A stretch of 64,000 nt of DNA from contig JASTWF010000325.1 in NCBI GenBank assembly GCA_030390025.1, positions 62,001-126,000 of the forward strand, given 5' to 3'. The translations under genes and the position numbers were made by a program. This document shows, piece after piece, positions 22,601 to 35,817 of this stretch. The notes beneath the pieces were generated by a model. The model did no database searches, was not told the origin of the DNA, and saw only the letters and a program-made list of their open reading frames with translations. The DNA comes from Squalus acanthias. Lineage: Eukaryota. Position 1 is the stretch's first letter, and each line of letters opens with the position of its first letter.

Positions 22601-25600
22601 GGCCTGGGCTCCGATGTGCAATGGGCCTGGGCTCCGATGGGCGGCGGGCCTGGGCTCTGATGGGCGGCGGGCCTTGGCTCCGATGTGCAGCGGGCCTGGG
22701 CTCCGATGGGCGGCGGGCCTGGGCTCCGATGGGCGACAGGCCTGGGCTCCGATGTGCAGTGGGCCTGGGCTCTGATGGGCGGCGGGACTGGGCTCCGATG
22801 TGCAGTGGGCCTGGGCTCTGATGGGCGGTGGGCCTGGACTCTGATGGGCGACGGGCCTGGACTCCGATGGGCGACAGGCCTGGGCTCCGATGGGCGACAG
22901 GCCTGGGCTCCGATGGGCGACAGGCCTGGGCAGGCCTGGGCTCCGATGGGCGGCGGGCCTGTACTCTGATGGGTGGCAGGCCTGGGCTCCGATGGGCGAC
23001 AGGCCTAGGCAGGCCTGGGTTCCGATGTGCAGTGGGCCTGGGCTCCGATGGGCGGCGGGCCTGGGCTCCGATGGGCGGCGGGCCTGGGCTCCGATGGGTG
23101 ACAGGCCAGGGCTCCGATGGGCAACAGGCCTGGGCAGGCCTGGGTTCCGATGTGCAGTGGGCCTGGGCTCCGATGGGCGGCGGGCCTGGACTCCGATGGG
23201 CGGCAGGCCTGGGCTCCGATGGGCGACAGGCCTGGGCAGGCCTGGGTTCCGATGGGTGGCAGGCCTGGACTCCGATGGGTGACAGGCCTAGGCTCCGATG
23301 GGCGGCAGGCCTGGGCTCCGATGGGCGACAGGCCTGGGCAGGGCTGGGCTCCGATGGGCGGCGGGCCTGGACTCCGATGGGCGACAGGCCTGGGCAGGGC
23401 TGGGCTCCGATGGGCGGCGGGCCTGGACTCCGATGGGCGGCAGGCCTGGGCTCCGATGGGCGGCAGGCCTGGGCTCCGATGGGCGACAGGCATGGGCAGG
23501 CCTGGGTTCCGATGGGTGACAGGCCTGGGCTCCGATGGGCGACAGGCCTGGGCAGGCCTGGGTTCTGATGGGCGACAGGCCTGGGCTCCGATGGGCGACA
23601 GGCCTGGGCAGGCCTGGGTTCTGATGTGCAGTGGGCCTGGGTTCCGATGGGCGGCGGGACTGGACTCCGATGGGCGGCAGGCCTGGGCTCCGATGGGCGG
23701 CAGGACTGGGCTCCAATGGGCGACAGGCCTGGACTCCGATGGCGACAGGCCAGGACTCTGATGGTTGGCGGGCCTGGGCAGACCTGGGCTCTGATGGGCG
23801 GCGGACCCGGGCTCCGATGGGCGGCGGGCCTGGGCTCCGATGGGTGGCGGGCCTGGGCTCCCATGGATGGCAGGCCTGGATTCCTATGGGCGACAGGCCT
23901 GGGCAGGCCTGGACTCCGATGTGCGGCGGGCCTGGCCTCCGATGGGCGGCGGGCCTGGGCTCCGATGGGCGACGGGCCAATGCAGGCATGGCCTCCGATG
24001 GTCGGCGGGCCTGGGCAGGCCTGGGCTCCGATGGTGGCGGGCTTGGGCTCTGATTGGCGCCGGGCCTGGGCTCCAATGGGTGGCAGGCCTGGGCAGCGAT
24101 GGGCGGCAGGCCTGGGCTCCGATGGGCGACAGGCCTGGGTAGGCCTGGGCTCTGATGGGCGATAGGCCTGGGCTCCGATGGGCGACAGGCCTGGGCAGGC
24201 CTGGGCTCTGATGTGCAGTGGGCCTGGGCTCCGATGGGCAACAGGCCTGGATTCCGATGGGCGACAGGCCTGGGCTCCGATGGTCGGTGGGCCTGGACAG
24301 GCCTGCGCTCCGATGGTCGGCGGGCCTGGCCTCCGATGGGCGGTGGGCATGGGCTCCGATGGGAGGCGGGCCTGTGCTCCGATAGGCGGCGGGCCCGGGC
24401 TCCGATGGACGGCGAGCCTGGGCTCCAATGGGCAACAGGCCTGGGCAGCCCTGGGCTCCGATGGGCGGCGGGCCTGGGCTCCAATGGGCAACAGGCCTGG
24501 GCAGCCCTGGTCTCCGATGGGCGGCGGGCCTCGGCTCCGATGGGCGGCGGGCCTGGGCTCCGATGGGCGGCGTGCCTGGGCTCCGATGGGTGGCGGGCCT
24601 GGGCTCCGATGGGAGGCGGGCCTGGCCTCCGATGGGCGACAGGCCTGGGCAGGCCTGGGTTCCGATGGTCGGCGGGCCTGGCCTCCGATGGGCGACAGGC
24701 CTGGGCAGGCCTGGGTTCCGATGGGTGGCAGGCCTGGACTCCGATGGGTGACAGGCCTGGACTCCGATGGGCGACAGGCCAGGACTCTGATGGTTGGCGG
24801 GCCTGGGCAGGCCTGGGCTCCGATGTGCGGCCGGCACGCGCTCTGATGGGCGGCAGGCCCGGGCTCCGATGGGCGGCGGGCCCGGGCTCCGATGGGCGGC
24901 GGGCCTGGGCTCCGATGGGCGGCGGGCCTGGGCTCCGATGGGTGGCGGGCCTGGGCTCCGATGGGCGGCGGGCCTGGGCTCCGATGGGTGGCGGGCCTGG
25001 GCTCCGATGGGCGGCGGGCCTGGGCTCCAATGGGTGGCATGCCTGGGCAGCGATGGGCGGCAGTCCTGGGCTCCGATGGGCGACAGGCCTGGGCAGGCCT
25101 GGGCTCCGATGGGTGACAGGCCTGGGCAGGCCTGGGCTCCGATGCGCGACAGGCCTGGGCAGGCCTGGGCAGTGATGGGCGGCGGGCCTGGGCTCCGATG
25201 GGCAGCGGGCCTGGGCTCCGATGGGCGGTTGGCCTGGGCTCCGATGGACGACAGACCTGGGCAGGCCTGGGCTCCGATGGGCGAGAGGCCTGGGCAGGCC
25301 TGGGCTCCGATGGGCGGCGGACCCGGGCTCCGATGGGCGGCGGGCCTGGGCTCCGATGGGCGGCGGGCCTGGGCTCCGATGGGTGGCGGGCCTGGGCTCC
25401 CATGGATGGCAGGCCTGGATTCCTATGGGCGACAGGCCTGGGCAGGCCTGGACTCTGATGTGCGGCGGGCCTGGCCTCCGATGGGCGGCGGGCCTGGGCT
25501 CCGATTGTCGACGGGCCAATGCAGGCATGGCCTCCGATGGTCGGCGGGCCTGGGCAGGCCTGGGCTCCGATGGTGGCGGGCTTGGGCTCTGATTGGCGCC

Positions 25601-28600
25601 GGGCCTGGGCTCCAATGGGTGGCAGGACTGGGCAGCGATGGGCGGCAGGCCTGGGCTCCGATGGGCGACAGGCCTGGGTAGGCCTGGGCTCTGATGGGCG
25701 ATAGGCCTGGGCTCCGATGGGCGACAGGCCTGGGCAGGCCTGGGCTCTGATGTGCAGTGGGCCTGGGCTCCGATGGGCAACAGGCCTGGATTCCGATGGG
25801 CGACAGGCCTGGGCTCCGATGGTCGGCAGGCCTGGACAGGCCTGCGCTCCGATGGTCGGCGGGCCTGGCCTCCGATGGGCGACAGGCCTGGGCAGGCCTG
25901 GGCTCTGATGGTTGGCGGGCCTGGCCTCCGATGGGCGACAGGCCTGGGCAGGCCTGGGCTCCGATGGGCGGCGGGCCTGGCCTCCGATGGGCGACAGGCC
26001 TGGATAGGCCTGGGCTCTGATGGGCGATAGGCCTGGGCTCCGATGGGCGACAGGCCTGGGCAGGCCTGGGCTCCGATAGGCGGCGGGCCTGGGCTCCGAT
26101 AGGCGGCGGGCCTGGGCTCCGATGGGCGGCGGGCCTGGGCTCCGATGGGCGGCAGTGCTGGGCAGGCCTGGGCTCCGATGGACGGCGGGCCTGGGCTCCG
26201 ATGGTCGGCGGTGCTGGGCAGGCCTGGGCTCCGATGGGCGGCAGGCCTGGGCAGGCCTGGGCTCCGATGGGCAGCGGGCCTGGGCTCCGATGGTCGGCGG
26301 GCTTGGGCAGGCCTGGGCTCCGATAGGTGGCGGGCATGGGCTCTGATGGGCGGTGGGCATGGGCTCCGATGGGCGGTGCGCATGGGCTCCGATGGGCGGC
26401 GAGCCTGGGCTCCAATGGGCAACAGGCCTGGGCAGCCCTGGGCTCCGATGGGCGGCGGGCCTGAGCTATGATGGGCGGCGGGCCTGGGCTCCGATGGGCG
26501 GCGGGCCTGGGCTCCAATGGGTGGCGGGCCTGGGCTCCGATGGGCGGCGTGCCTGGGCTCCGATGGGTGGCGGGCCTGGGCTCCGATGGGAGGCGGGCCT
26601 GGGCAGGCCTGGGTTCCGATGGGTGGCAGGCCTGGACTCCGATGGGTGACAGGCCTGGACTCCGATTGGCGACAGGCCAGGACTCTGATGGTTGGCGGGC
26701 CTGGGCAGGCCTGGGCTCCGATGTGTGGCCGGCACGCGCTCTGATGGGCGGCGGGCCCGGGCTCCGATGGGCGGCGGGCCTGGGCTCCGATGGTCGGCGG
26801 GCCTGATCAGGCCTTGGCTCCGATGGGCGACAGGCCTGGGCAGGCCTGGGCTCCGATGGGTGGCAGGCCTGGGCAGGCCTGGGCTCCGATGCGCGACAGG
26901 CCTGGGCAGGCCTGGGCAGCGATGGGTGGCGGGTCTGGGCTCCGATGGGCAGCGGGCCTGCGCTCCGATGGGTGGTTGGCCTGGGCTCCGATGGACGACA
27001 GACCTGGGCAGGCCTGGGCTCCGATGGGCGAGAGGCCTGGGCAGGCCTGGGTTCCGATGGGCGGCGGACCCGGGCTCCGATGGGCGGCGGGCCTGGGCTC
27101 CGATGGGTGGCGGGCCTGGGCTCCGATGGGTGGTTGGCCTGGGCTCCGATGGACGACAGACCTGGGCAGGCCTGGGCTCCGATGGGCGAGAGGCCTGGGC
27201 AGGCCTGGGTTCCGATGGGCGGTGGGCCTGGGCTCCGATGGGTGGTGGGCCTGGGCTCCGATGGGCGGCGGGCCTGGGCTCCGATGGGCGGCGGGCCTGG
27301 ACTCCGATGGGCGGCAGGCCTGGGCTCCGATGGGCGACAGGCCTGGGCAGGCCTGGGCTCCGATGGGCGGCGGGTCTGGGCTCCGATGAGCAGCGGGCCT
27401 GGGCTCCGATGGGCGACAGGCCTGGGCTCCGATGTGCAGTGGGCCTGGGCTCTGATGGGCGGCGGGACTGGGCTCCGATTTGCGGTGGGCCTGGGCTCTG
27501 ATGAGCGGCGGGCCTGGACTCCGATGGGCGGCAGGCCTGGGCTCCGATGGGCGACAGGCCTGGGCAGGCCTGGGCTCTGATGGGCGGCGGGCCTGGACTC
27601 TGATGGGTGGCAGGCCTGGGCTCCGATGGGCGACAGGCCTGGGCAGGCCTGGGATCCGATGTGCAGTGGGCCTGGGCTCCGATGGGCGGCAGGCCTGGGC
27701 TCCGATGGGCGACAGGCCTGGGCAGGCCTGGGCTCCGATGGGCGGCGGGCCTGGATTCTGATGGGTGGCAGGCCTGGGCTCCGATGGGCGACAGGCCTGG
27801 GCAGGCCTGGGATCCGATGTGCAGTGGGCCTGGGCTCCGATGGGCGGCGGGCCTGGGCTCCGATGGGCGGCGGGCCTGGACAAGCCTGGGTTCCGATGGG
27901 TGACAGGCCTGGGCTCCGATGGGCGACAGGCCTGGGCAGGCCTGAGTTCCGATGTGCAGTGGGCCTGGGCTCCGATGGGCGGCGGGACTGGGCTCCGATG
28001 TGCAGTGGGCCTGGGCTCTGATGGGCGGCGGGCCTGGACTCCGATGGGCGACGGGCCTGGACTCCGATGGGCGACAGGCCTGGACTCCGATGGGCGACAG
28101 GCCTGGGCTCCGATGGGCGACAGGCCTGGACTCCGATGGGCGACAGGCCTGGGCTCGGATGGGCGGCAGGCCTGGGCTCCGATGGGCGATAGGCCTGGGC
28201 AGGCCTGGGCTCCGATGGGCAGCGGGCCTGGACTCTGATGGGTGGCAGGCCTGGGCTCCGATGGGCGACAGGCCTGGGCAGGCCTGGGTTCCGATGTGCA
28301 GTGGGCCTGGGCTCCGATGGGCGGCGGGCCTGGGCTCCGATGGGCGGCGGGCCTGGGCTCCGATTGGCGACAGGCCTGGGCTCCGATGGGCAACAGGCCT
28401 GGGCAGGCCTGGGTTCCGATGGGCGACAGGCCAGGGCTCCGATGGGCAACAGGCCTGGGCAGGCCTGGGTTCCGATGTGCAGTGGGCCTGGGCTACGATG
28501 GGCGGCGGGCCTGGACTCCGATGGGCGGCATGCCTGGGCTCCGATGGGCAACAGGCCTGGGCAGGCCTGGGTTCCGATGGGTGGCAGGCCTGGACTCCGA

Positions 28601-31600
28601 TGGGTGACAGGCCTAGGCTCCGATGGGCGGCAGGCCTGGGCTCCGATGGGCGACAGGACTGCGCAGGCCTGGGCTCCGATGGGCGGCGGGCCTGGACTCC
28701 GATGGGCGGCTGGCCTGGGCTCCGATGGGCGACAGGCCTGGGCAGGCCTGGGTTCCGATGGGCGACAGGCCAGGGCTCCGATGGGCAACAGGCCTTGGCA
28801 GGCCTGGGTTCCGATGTGCAGTGGGCCTGGGCTCCGATGGGCGGCGGGCCTGGACTCCGATGGGCGGCAGGCCTGGGCTCCGATGGGCAACAGGCCTGGG
28901 CAGGCCTGGGTTCCGATGGGTGGCAGGCCTGGACTCCGATGGGTGACAGGCCTAGGCTCCGATGGGCGGCAGGCCTGGGCTCCGATGGGCGACAGGACTG
29001 CGCAGGCCGGGGCTCCGATGGGTGGCGGGCCTGGACTCCGATGGGCGGCAGGCCTGGGCTCCGATGGGAGACAGGCCTGGGCAGGCCTGGGTTCTGATGT
29101 GCAGTGGGCCTGGGCTCCGATGGGCGGCGGGCCTGGGCTCCGATGGGCGGCAGGCCTGGGCTCCGATGGGCGACAGGCATGGGCAGGCCTGGGTTCCGAT
29201 GGGTGACAGGCCTGGGCTCCGATGGACGACAGGCCTGGGCAGGCCTGGGTTCTGATGGGCGACAGGCCTGGGCTCCGATGGGCGACAGGCCTGGGCAGGC
29301 CTGGGTTCTGATGTGCAGTGGGCCTGGGTTCCGAAGGGCGGCGGGACTGGACTCCGATGGGCGGCAGGCCTGGCTCCGATGGGCGGCAGGACTGGGCTCC
29401 AATGGGCGACAGGCCTGGACTCCGATGGCGACAGGCCAGGACTCTGATGGTTGGCGGGCCTGGGCAGGCCTGGGCTCCGATGGGCGACAGGCCTGGGCAA
29501 CCCTGGGCTCCGATGGGCGGCGGGCCTAGGGTCCGATGGGCAGTAGGCCTGGGCTCCCATGGATGGCAGGCCTGGATTCAGATGGGTGGTGGGCCTGGGC
29601 TCCGATGGGCGGCGGGCCTGGGCTCCGATGGTCGGCGGGCCTGATCAGGCCTTGTCTCCGATGGGCAACAGGCCTGGGCAGGCCTGGGCTCCGATGGGTG
29701 GCAGGCCTGGGCAGGCCTGGGCTCTGATGCGCGACAGGCCTGGGCAGGCCTGGGCAGCGATGGGCGGCGGGCCTGGGCTCCGATGGGCAGCGGGCCTGCG
29801 CTCCGATGGGCGGTTGGCCTGGGCTCCGATGGACGACAGATCTGGGCAGGCCTGGGCTCCGATGGGCGAGAGGCCTGGGCAGGCCTGGGCTCCAATGGAC
29901 GGCGGACCCGGGCTCCGATGGGCGGCGGGCCTGGGCTCCGATGGGTGGCGGGCCTGGGCTCCCATGGATGGCAGGCCTGGATTCCTATGGGCGACAGGCC
30001 TGGGCAGGCCTGGACTCTGATGTGCGGCGGGCCTGGCCTCCGATGGGCGGCGGGCCTGGGCTCCGATGGGCGACGGGCCAATGCAGGCATGGCCTCCGAT
30101 GGTCGGCGGGCCTGGGCAGGCCTGGGCTCCGATGGTGGCGGGCTTGGGCTCTGATTGGCGGCGGGCCTGGGCTCCAATGGGAGGCAGGCCTGGGCAGCGA
30201 TGGGCGGCAGGCCTGGGCTCCGATGGGCGACAGGCCTGGGTAGGCCTGGGCTCTGATGGGCGATAGGCCTGGGCTCCGATGGGCGACAGGCCTGGGCAGG
30301 CCTGGGCTCTGATGTGCAGTGGGCCTGGGCTCCGATGGGCAACAGGCCTGGATTCCAATGGGCGACAGGCCTGGGCTCCGATGGTCGGCGGGCCTGGACA
30401 GGCCTGCGCTCCGATGGTCGGCGGGCCTGGCCTCCGATGGGCGACAGGCCTGGGGAGGCCTGGGCTCTGATGGTTGGCGGGCCTGGCCTCCGATGGGCGA
30501 CAGGCCTGGGCAGGCCTGGGCTCCGATGGGCGGCGGGCCTGGCCTTCGATGGGCGACAGGCCTGGGTAGGCCTGGGCTCTGATGGGCGATAGGCCTGGGC
30601 TCCGATGGGTGACAGGCCTGGGCAGGCCTGGGCTCCGATGGGCGGCGGGCCTGGGCTCCGATAGGCGGCGGGCCTGGGCTCCGATCGGCGGCGGGCCTGG
30701 GCTCCGTTGGGCGGCGGGCCTGGGCTCCGATGGGCGGCAGTGCTTTGCAGGCCTGGGCTCCGATGGACGGCGGGCCTGGGCTCCGATGGTCGGCGGTGCT
30801 GGGCAGGCCTGGGCTCCGATGGGCGGAAGGCCTGGGCTCCGATGGGCGGCGTGCCTGGGCTCCGATGGGTGGCGGGCCTGGGCTCCGATGGGAGGCGAGC
30901 CTAGGCTCCGATGGGCGGCGAGCCTGGCCTTAGATGGGCTGCGGGCCTGGCCTCCGATGGACGGTGGGAATGGACTCCGATGGGCGACAGGCCTGGGCAG
31001 GCCAGGGCTCTGATGGTTGGCGGGCCTGGGCAGGCCTGGGCTCCGATGGTCGGCGGGCCTGGGCTCCGATGGGCGACAGGCCTGGGCAGCCCTGGGTTCC
31101 GATGGGTGTCAGGCCTGGACTCCGATGGGTGACAGGCCTGGACTCCGATGGGCGACAGGCCTGGGCTCCGATGGTCGGCGGGCCTGGACAGGCCTGCGCT
31201 CCGATGGTCGGCGGGCCTGGCCTCCGATGGGCGACAGGCCTGGGGAGGCCTGGGCTCTGATGGTTGGCGGGCCTGGCCTCCGATGGGCGACAGGCCTGGG
31301 CAGGCCTGGGCTCCGATGGGCGGCGGGCCTGGCCTTCGATGGGCGACAGGCCTGGGTAGGCCTGGGCTCTGATGGGCGATAGGCCTCGGCTCCAATGGGT
31401 GACAGGCCTGGGCAGGCCTGGGCTCCGATGGGCGGCGGGCCTGGGCTCCGATAGGCGGCGGGCCTGGGCTCCGATCGGCGGCGGGCCTGGGCTCCGTTGG
31501 GCGGCGGGCCTGGGCTCCGATGGGCGGCGCTGCTGGGCAGGCCTGGGCTCCGATGGACGGCGGGCCTGGGCTCCGATGGTCGGCGGTGCTGGGCAGGCCT

Positions 31601-34600
31601 GGGCTCCGATGGGCGGCGTGCCTGGGCTCCGATGGGTGGCGGGCCTGGGGTCCGATGGGAGGCGAGCCTAGGCTCCGATGGACGGCGAGCCTGGCCTTAG
31701 ATGGGCCGCGGGCCTGGCCTCCGATGGACGGTGGGAATGGACTCCGATGGGCGACAGGCCTGGGCAGGCCAGGGCTCTGATGGTTGGCGGGCCTGGGCAG
31801 GCCTGGGCTCCGATGGTCGGCGGGCCTGGGCTCCGATGGGCGACAGGCCTGGGCAGCCCTGGGTTCCGATGGGTGTCAGGCCTGGACTCCGATGGGTGAC
31901 AGGCCTGGACTCCGATGGGCGACAGGCCAGGACTCTGATGGTTGGCGGGCCTGGGCAGGCCTGGGCTCCGATGTGCGGCCGGCACGCGCTCCGATGGGCG
32001 GCGGGCCCGGGCTCCGATGGGCGGCGGGCCCGGGCTCCGATGGGCGGCGGGCCCGGGCTCCGATGGGCGGCGGGCCTGGGCTCCGATGGGCGGCGGGCCT
32101 GGGCTCCGATGGGCGGCGGGCCTGGGCTCCGATGGGCGGTGGGCCTGGGCTCCGATGGGCGGCATGCCTGGGCAGCAATGGGCGGCAGGCCTGGGCTCCG
32201 ATGGGCGACAGACCTGGGCAACCCTGGGCTCCGATGGGCGGCGGGCCTAGGCTCCGATGGGCGGTAGGCCTGGGCTCCCATGGATGGCAGGCCTGGATTC
32301 AGATGGGTGGTGGGCCTGGGCTCCGATGGGCGGCGGGCTTGGGCTCCGATGTTCGGCGGGCCTGATCAGGCCTTCGCTCCGATGGGCGACAGGCCTGGGC
32401 CGGCCTGGGCTCCGATGGGTGGCAGGCCTGGGCAGGCCTGGGCTCCGATGCGCGACAGGCCTGGGCAGGCCTGGGCAGCGATGGGTGCCGGGTCTGGGCT
32501 CCGATGGGCAGCGGGCCTGCGCTCCGATGGACGGTTGGCCTGGGCTCCGATGGACGACAGACCTGGGCAGGCCTGGGCTCCGATGGGCGAGAGGCCTGGG
32601 CAGGCCTGGGTTCCGATGGGCAGCGGACCCGGGCTCCGATGGGCGGCGGGCCTGGGCTCCGATGGGTGGCGGGCCTGGGCTCCGATGGGTGGCGGGCCTG
32701 GGCTCCCATGGATGGCAGGCCTGGATTCCTATGGGCGACAGACCTGGGCAGGCCTGGGCTCCGATGTGCGGCGGGCCTGGCCTCCGATGTGCGGCGGGCC
32801 TGGGCTCCGATGGGCGATGGGCCAATGCAGGCCTGGCCTCCGATGGTCGGCGGGCCTGGGCAGGCCTGGGCTCCGATGGTGGCGGGCTTGGGCTCTGATT
32901 GGCGGCGGGCCTGGGCTCCAATGGGTGGCAGGCCTGGGCAGCGATGGACGGCAGGCCTGGGCTCCGATGGGCGACAGGCCTGGGTAGGCCTGGGCTCTGA
33001 TGGGCGATAGGCCTGGGCTCCGATGGGCGACAGGTCTGGGCAGGCCTGGGCTCTGATGTGCAGTGGGCCTGGGCTCCGATGGGCGACAGGCCTGGATTGC
33101 GATGGGCGACAGGCCTGCGCTCCGATGGTCGGCGGGCCTGGCCTCCGATGGGCGACAGGCCTGGGCAGGCCTGGGCTCTAATGGTTGGCGGGCCTGGCCT
33201 CCGATGGGCGACAGGCCTGGGCAGGCCTGGGCTCCGATGGGCGGCGGGCCTGGCCTCCGGTGGGCGACAGGCCTGGGCTCCGATGGGCGGCGGGCCTGGG
33301 CTCCGATGGGCGGCGGGCCTGGGCTCCGATCGGCGGCGGGCCTGGGCTCCGATGGGCGGCGGGCCTGGGCTCCGATGGGTGGCGGTGCTGGGCAGGCCTG
33401 GGCTCCGATGGATGGCGGGCCTGGGCTCCGATGGTCGGCGGTGCTGGGCAGGCCTGGGCTCCGATGGGCGGCAGGCCTGGGCAGGCCTGGGCTGCGATGG
33501 GCAGCGGGCATGGGCTCCGATGGTCGGCGGGCTTGGGCAAGCCTGGGCTCCGATAGGCGGCGGGAAGGGGGGTCTGATGGGCGGTGGGCATGGGCTCCGA
33601 TGGGAGGCGGGCCTGGGCTCCGATAGGCGGCGGGCCCGGGCTCCGATGGGCGGCGGGCCTGGGCTCCAATGGGCAACATGCCTGGGCAGCCCTGGGCTCC
33701 GATGGGCGGCGGGCCTGGGCTCCAATGGGCAACAGGCCTGGGCAGCCCTGGGCTCCGATGGGCGGCGGGCCTGGGCTCCGATGGGTGGCGGGCCTGGGCT
33801 CCGATGGGCGGCGTGCCTGGGCTCCGATGGGTGGCGGGCCTGGGCTCCGATGGGAGGCGGGCCTAGGCTCCGATGGGCGGCGAGCCTGGCCTTAGATGGG
33901 CGGCGGGCCTGGCCTCCGATGGGCGGTGGGAATAGACTCCGATGGGCGACAGGCCTGGGCAGGCCAGGGCTCTGATGGTTGGCGGGCCTGGGCAGGCCTG
34001 GGCTCCGATGGTCGGCGGGCCTGGGCTCCGATGGGTGGCTGGCCTGGGCTCCAATGGGCGGCGGGCCTGGGCAGGCCTGGGCTCCGATGGTTGGTGGGCC
34101 TGGGCTCTGGTGGACGGCAGGCCTGAGCTCTGATGTGCGGCAGGCCTGGGCTCCGATGGGCGTCGGGCCTGGGCAGGCCTGTTCTCCGATGGGCGGTGGG
34201 CCTGGCCTCTGATGGGAGGCGGGCCTGGGCTCCGATGGGCGGTGGGCCTGGACTCCGATGGGCAACAGGCCTGGGCAGGCCGGGGCTCCGATGGTTGGCG
34301 GGCCTGGGCTCCGATGGGCGGCGGGCCTGGGCAGGCCTGGGCTCCGATGGTCGGCGGGCCTGGGCAGGCCTTGGCTCTGATGGGCGACAGGCCTGGGCAG
34401 GCCTGGGCTCCGATGGGCGGCGGGCCTTGGCAGGCCTTGGCTCCGATGGGCGACAGGCCTGGGCAGGCCTGGGCTCCAATGGGCGGCAGGCCTGGGCTCC
34501 GATGGCCGGCGGGCCTGGGCTCTGATGGGCGGCAGGCCTGGACTCCGATGGGCGGTGGGCCTGGGCAGGCCTGGGCTCCAATAGGCGACAGGCCTGGGCA

Positions 34601-35817
34601 GGTTTGGGCTCCGATGGGCGGCGGGCCTGGGCTCCGATGGACGGCAGGCCTGGGCTCCAATGGGCAGCAGTCCTGGGCAGGCCTGGGCTCCGATGGGCAG
34701 CAGTCCTGGGCAGGCCTGGGCTCCGATGAGCAGTGGGCCCGGGCTCCGATGGGCGGCGGGCCCAGACTCCGATGGGCGGCAGGCCTGGACTCCGATGAGC
34801 GACAGGCCTGGGCAGGCCGGGGCTCCAATGGTTGGCAGGCCTGGGCTCCGATGGTCGGCGGGCCTGGGCAGGCCTGGGCTCCGATGGGCGACAGGCCTGG
34901 GCAGGCCTGGGCTCCGATGGGTGGCAGGCCTGGGCTCCGATGGGCGGCGGGCCTGGGCTGGCCTGGGCTCCGATGGTCGGCGGGCCTGGGCTCCGATGGG
35001 CGGTGGGCCTGGGCAGGCCTAGGCTCCGATGGGTGGCGGGCCTGGGCAGGCCTGGGCTCCGATGGGTGGCAGGCCTGGGCTCCGATGGACAGCGGGCCTG
35101 GGCTCCGATGGGCGGCGGGCCTGGGCAGGCCTGGGCTCCGATGGGTGGCAGGCCTGGGTTCCGATGGACGGCGGGCCTGGGCAGCAATGGGCGACAGGCC
35201 TGGGCAGGCCTAGGCTCCGATGGGCGGCAGGCCTGGGCAGGCCTGGGCTCCGATGGGTGGCAGGCCTGGGTTCCGATGGACGGCGGGCCTGGGCAGCGAT
35301 GGGCGACAGGCCTGGGCAGGCCTAGGCTCCGATGGGCAGCAGGCCTGGGCAGGCCTAGGCTCCGATGGGCGGCAGGCCTTGGCAGGCCTGTGCTCCGATG
35401 GTCGGCGGGCCTGGGGAGGCCTGGGCTCTGATGTGCGGCAGGCCTGGGCTCCGATGGGCGGCGGGCCTGGGCAGGCCTGAGCTCCATTGGGCGACAGGCC
35501 TGGGCAGGCCTGGGCTCCGATGGGCGGCGGGCCTGGGCAGGCCTGGGCTCCGATGGGCGGCGGGCCTGGGCAGGCCTGGGCTCCGATGGGCTGCAGACCT
35601 GGGCTCCGATGGGCGGCGGGCCTGGGCAGGCCTGGGCTCCGATGGGCGGCGGGCCTGGGCAGGCCTGGGCTCCGATGGGCGGCGGGCCTGGGCAGGCCTG
35701 GGCTCCGATGGGCTGCAGACCTGGGCTCCGATGGGCGGCGGGCCTGGGCAGGCCTGGGCTCCGATGGGCTGCGGGCCTGGGCAGGCCTGGGCTCCGATGG
35801 GCTGCGGGCCTGGGCTC
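16637..35817. repeat. ~19.2-kb GC-rich modular satellite: 23-bp core GGGCTCCGATGGGCGRCRGGCCT plus an optional 10-bp GGGCAGGCCT module
   Basis: The tandem periodicity is directly visible. Recurrent variant monomers (e.g. ...GATGTGCAGTGGGCCT) and higher-order duplications are present. Confidence 0.97.
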
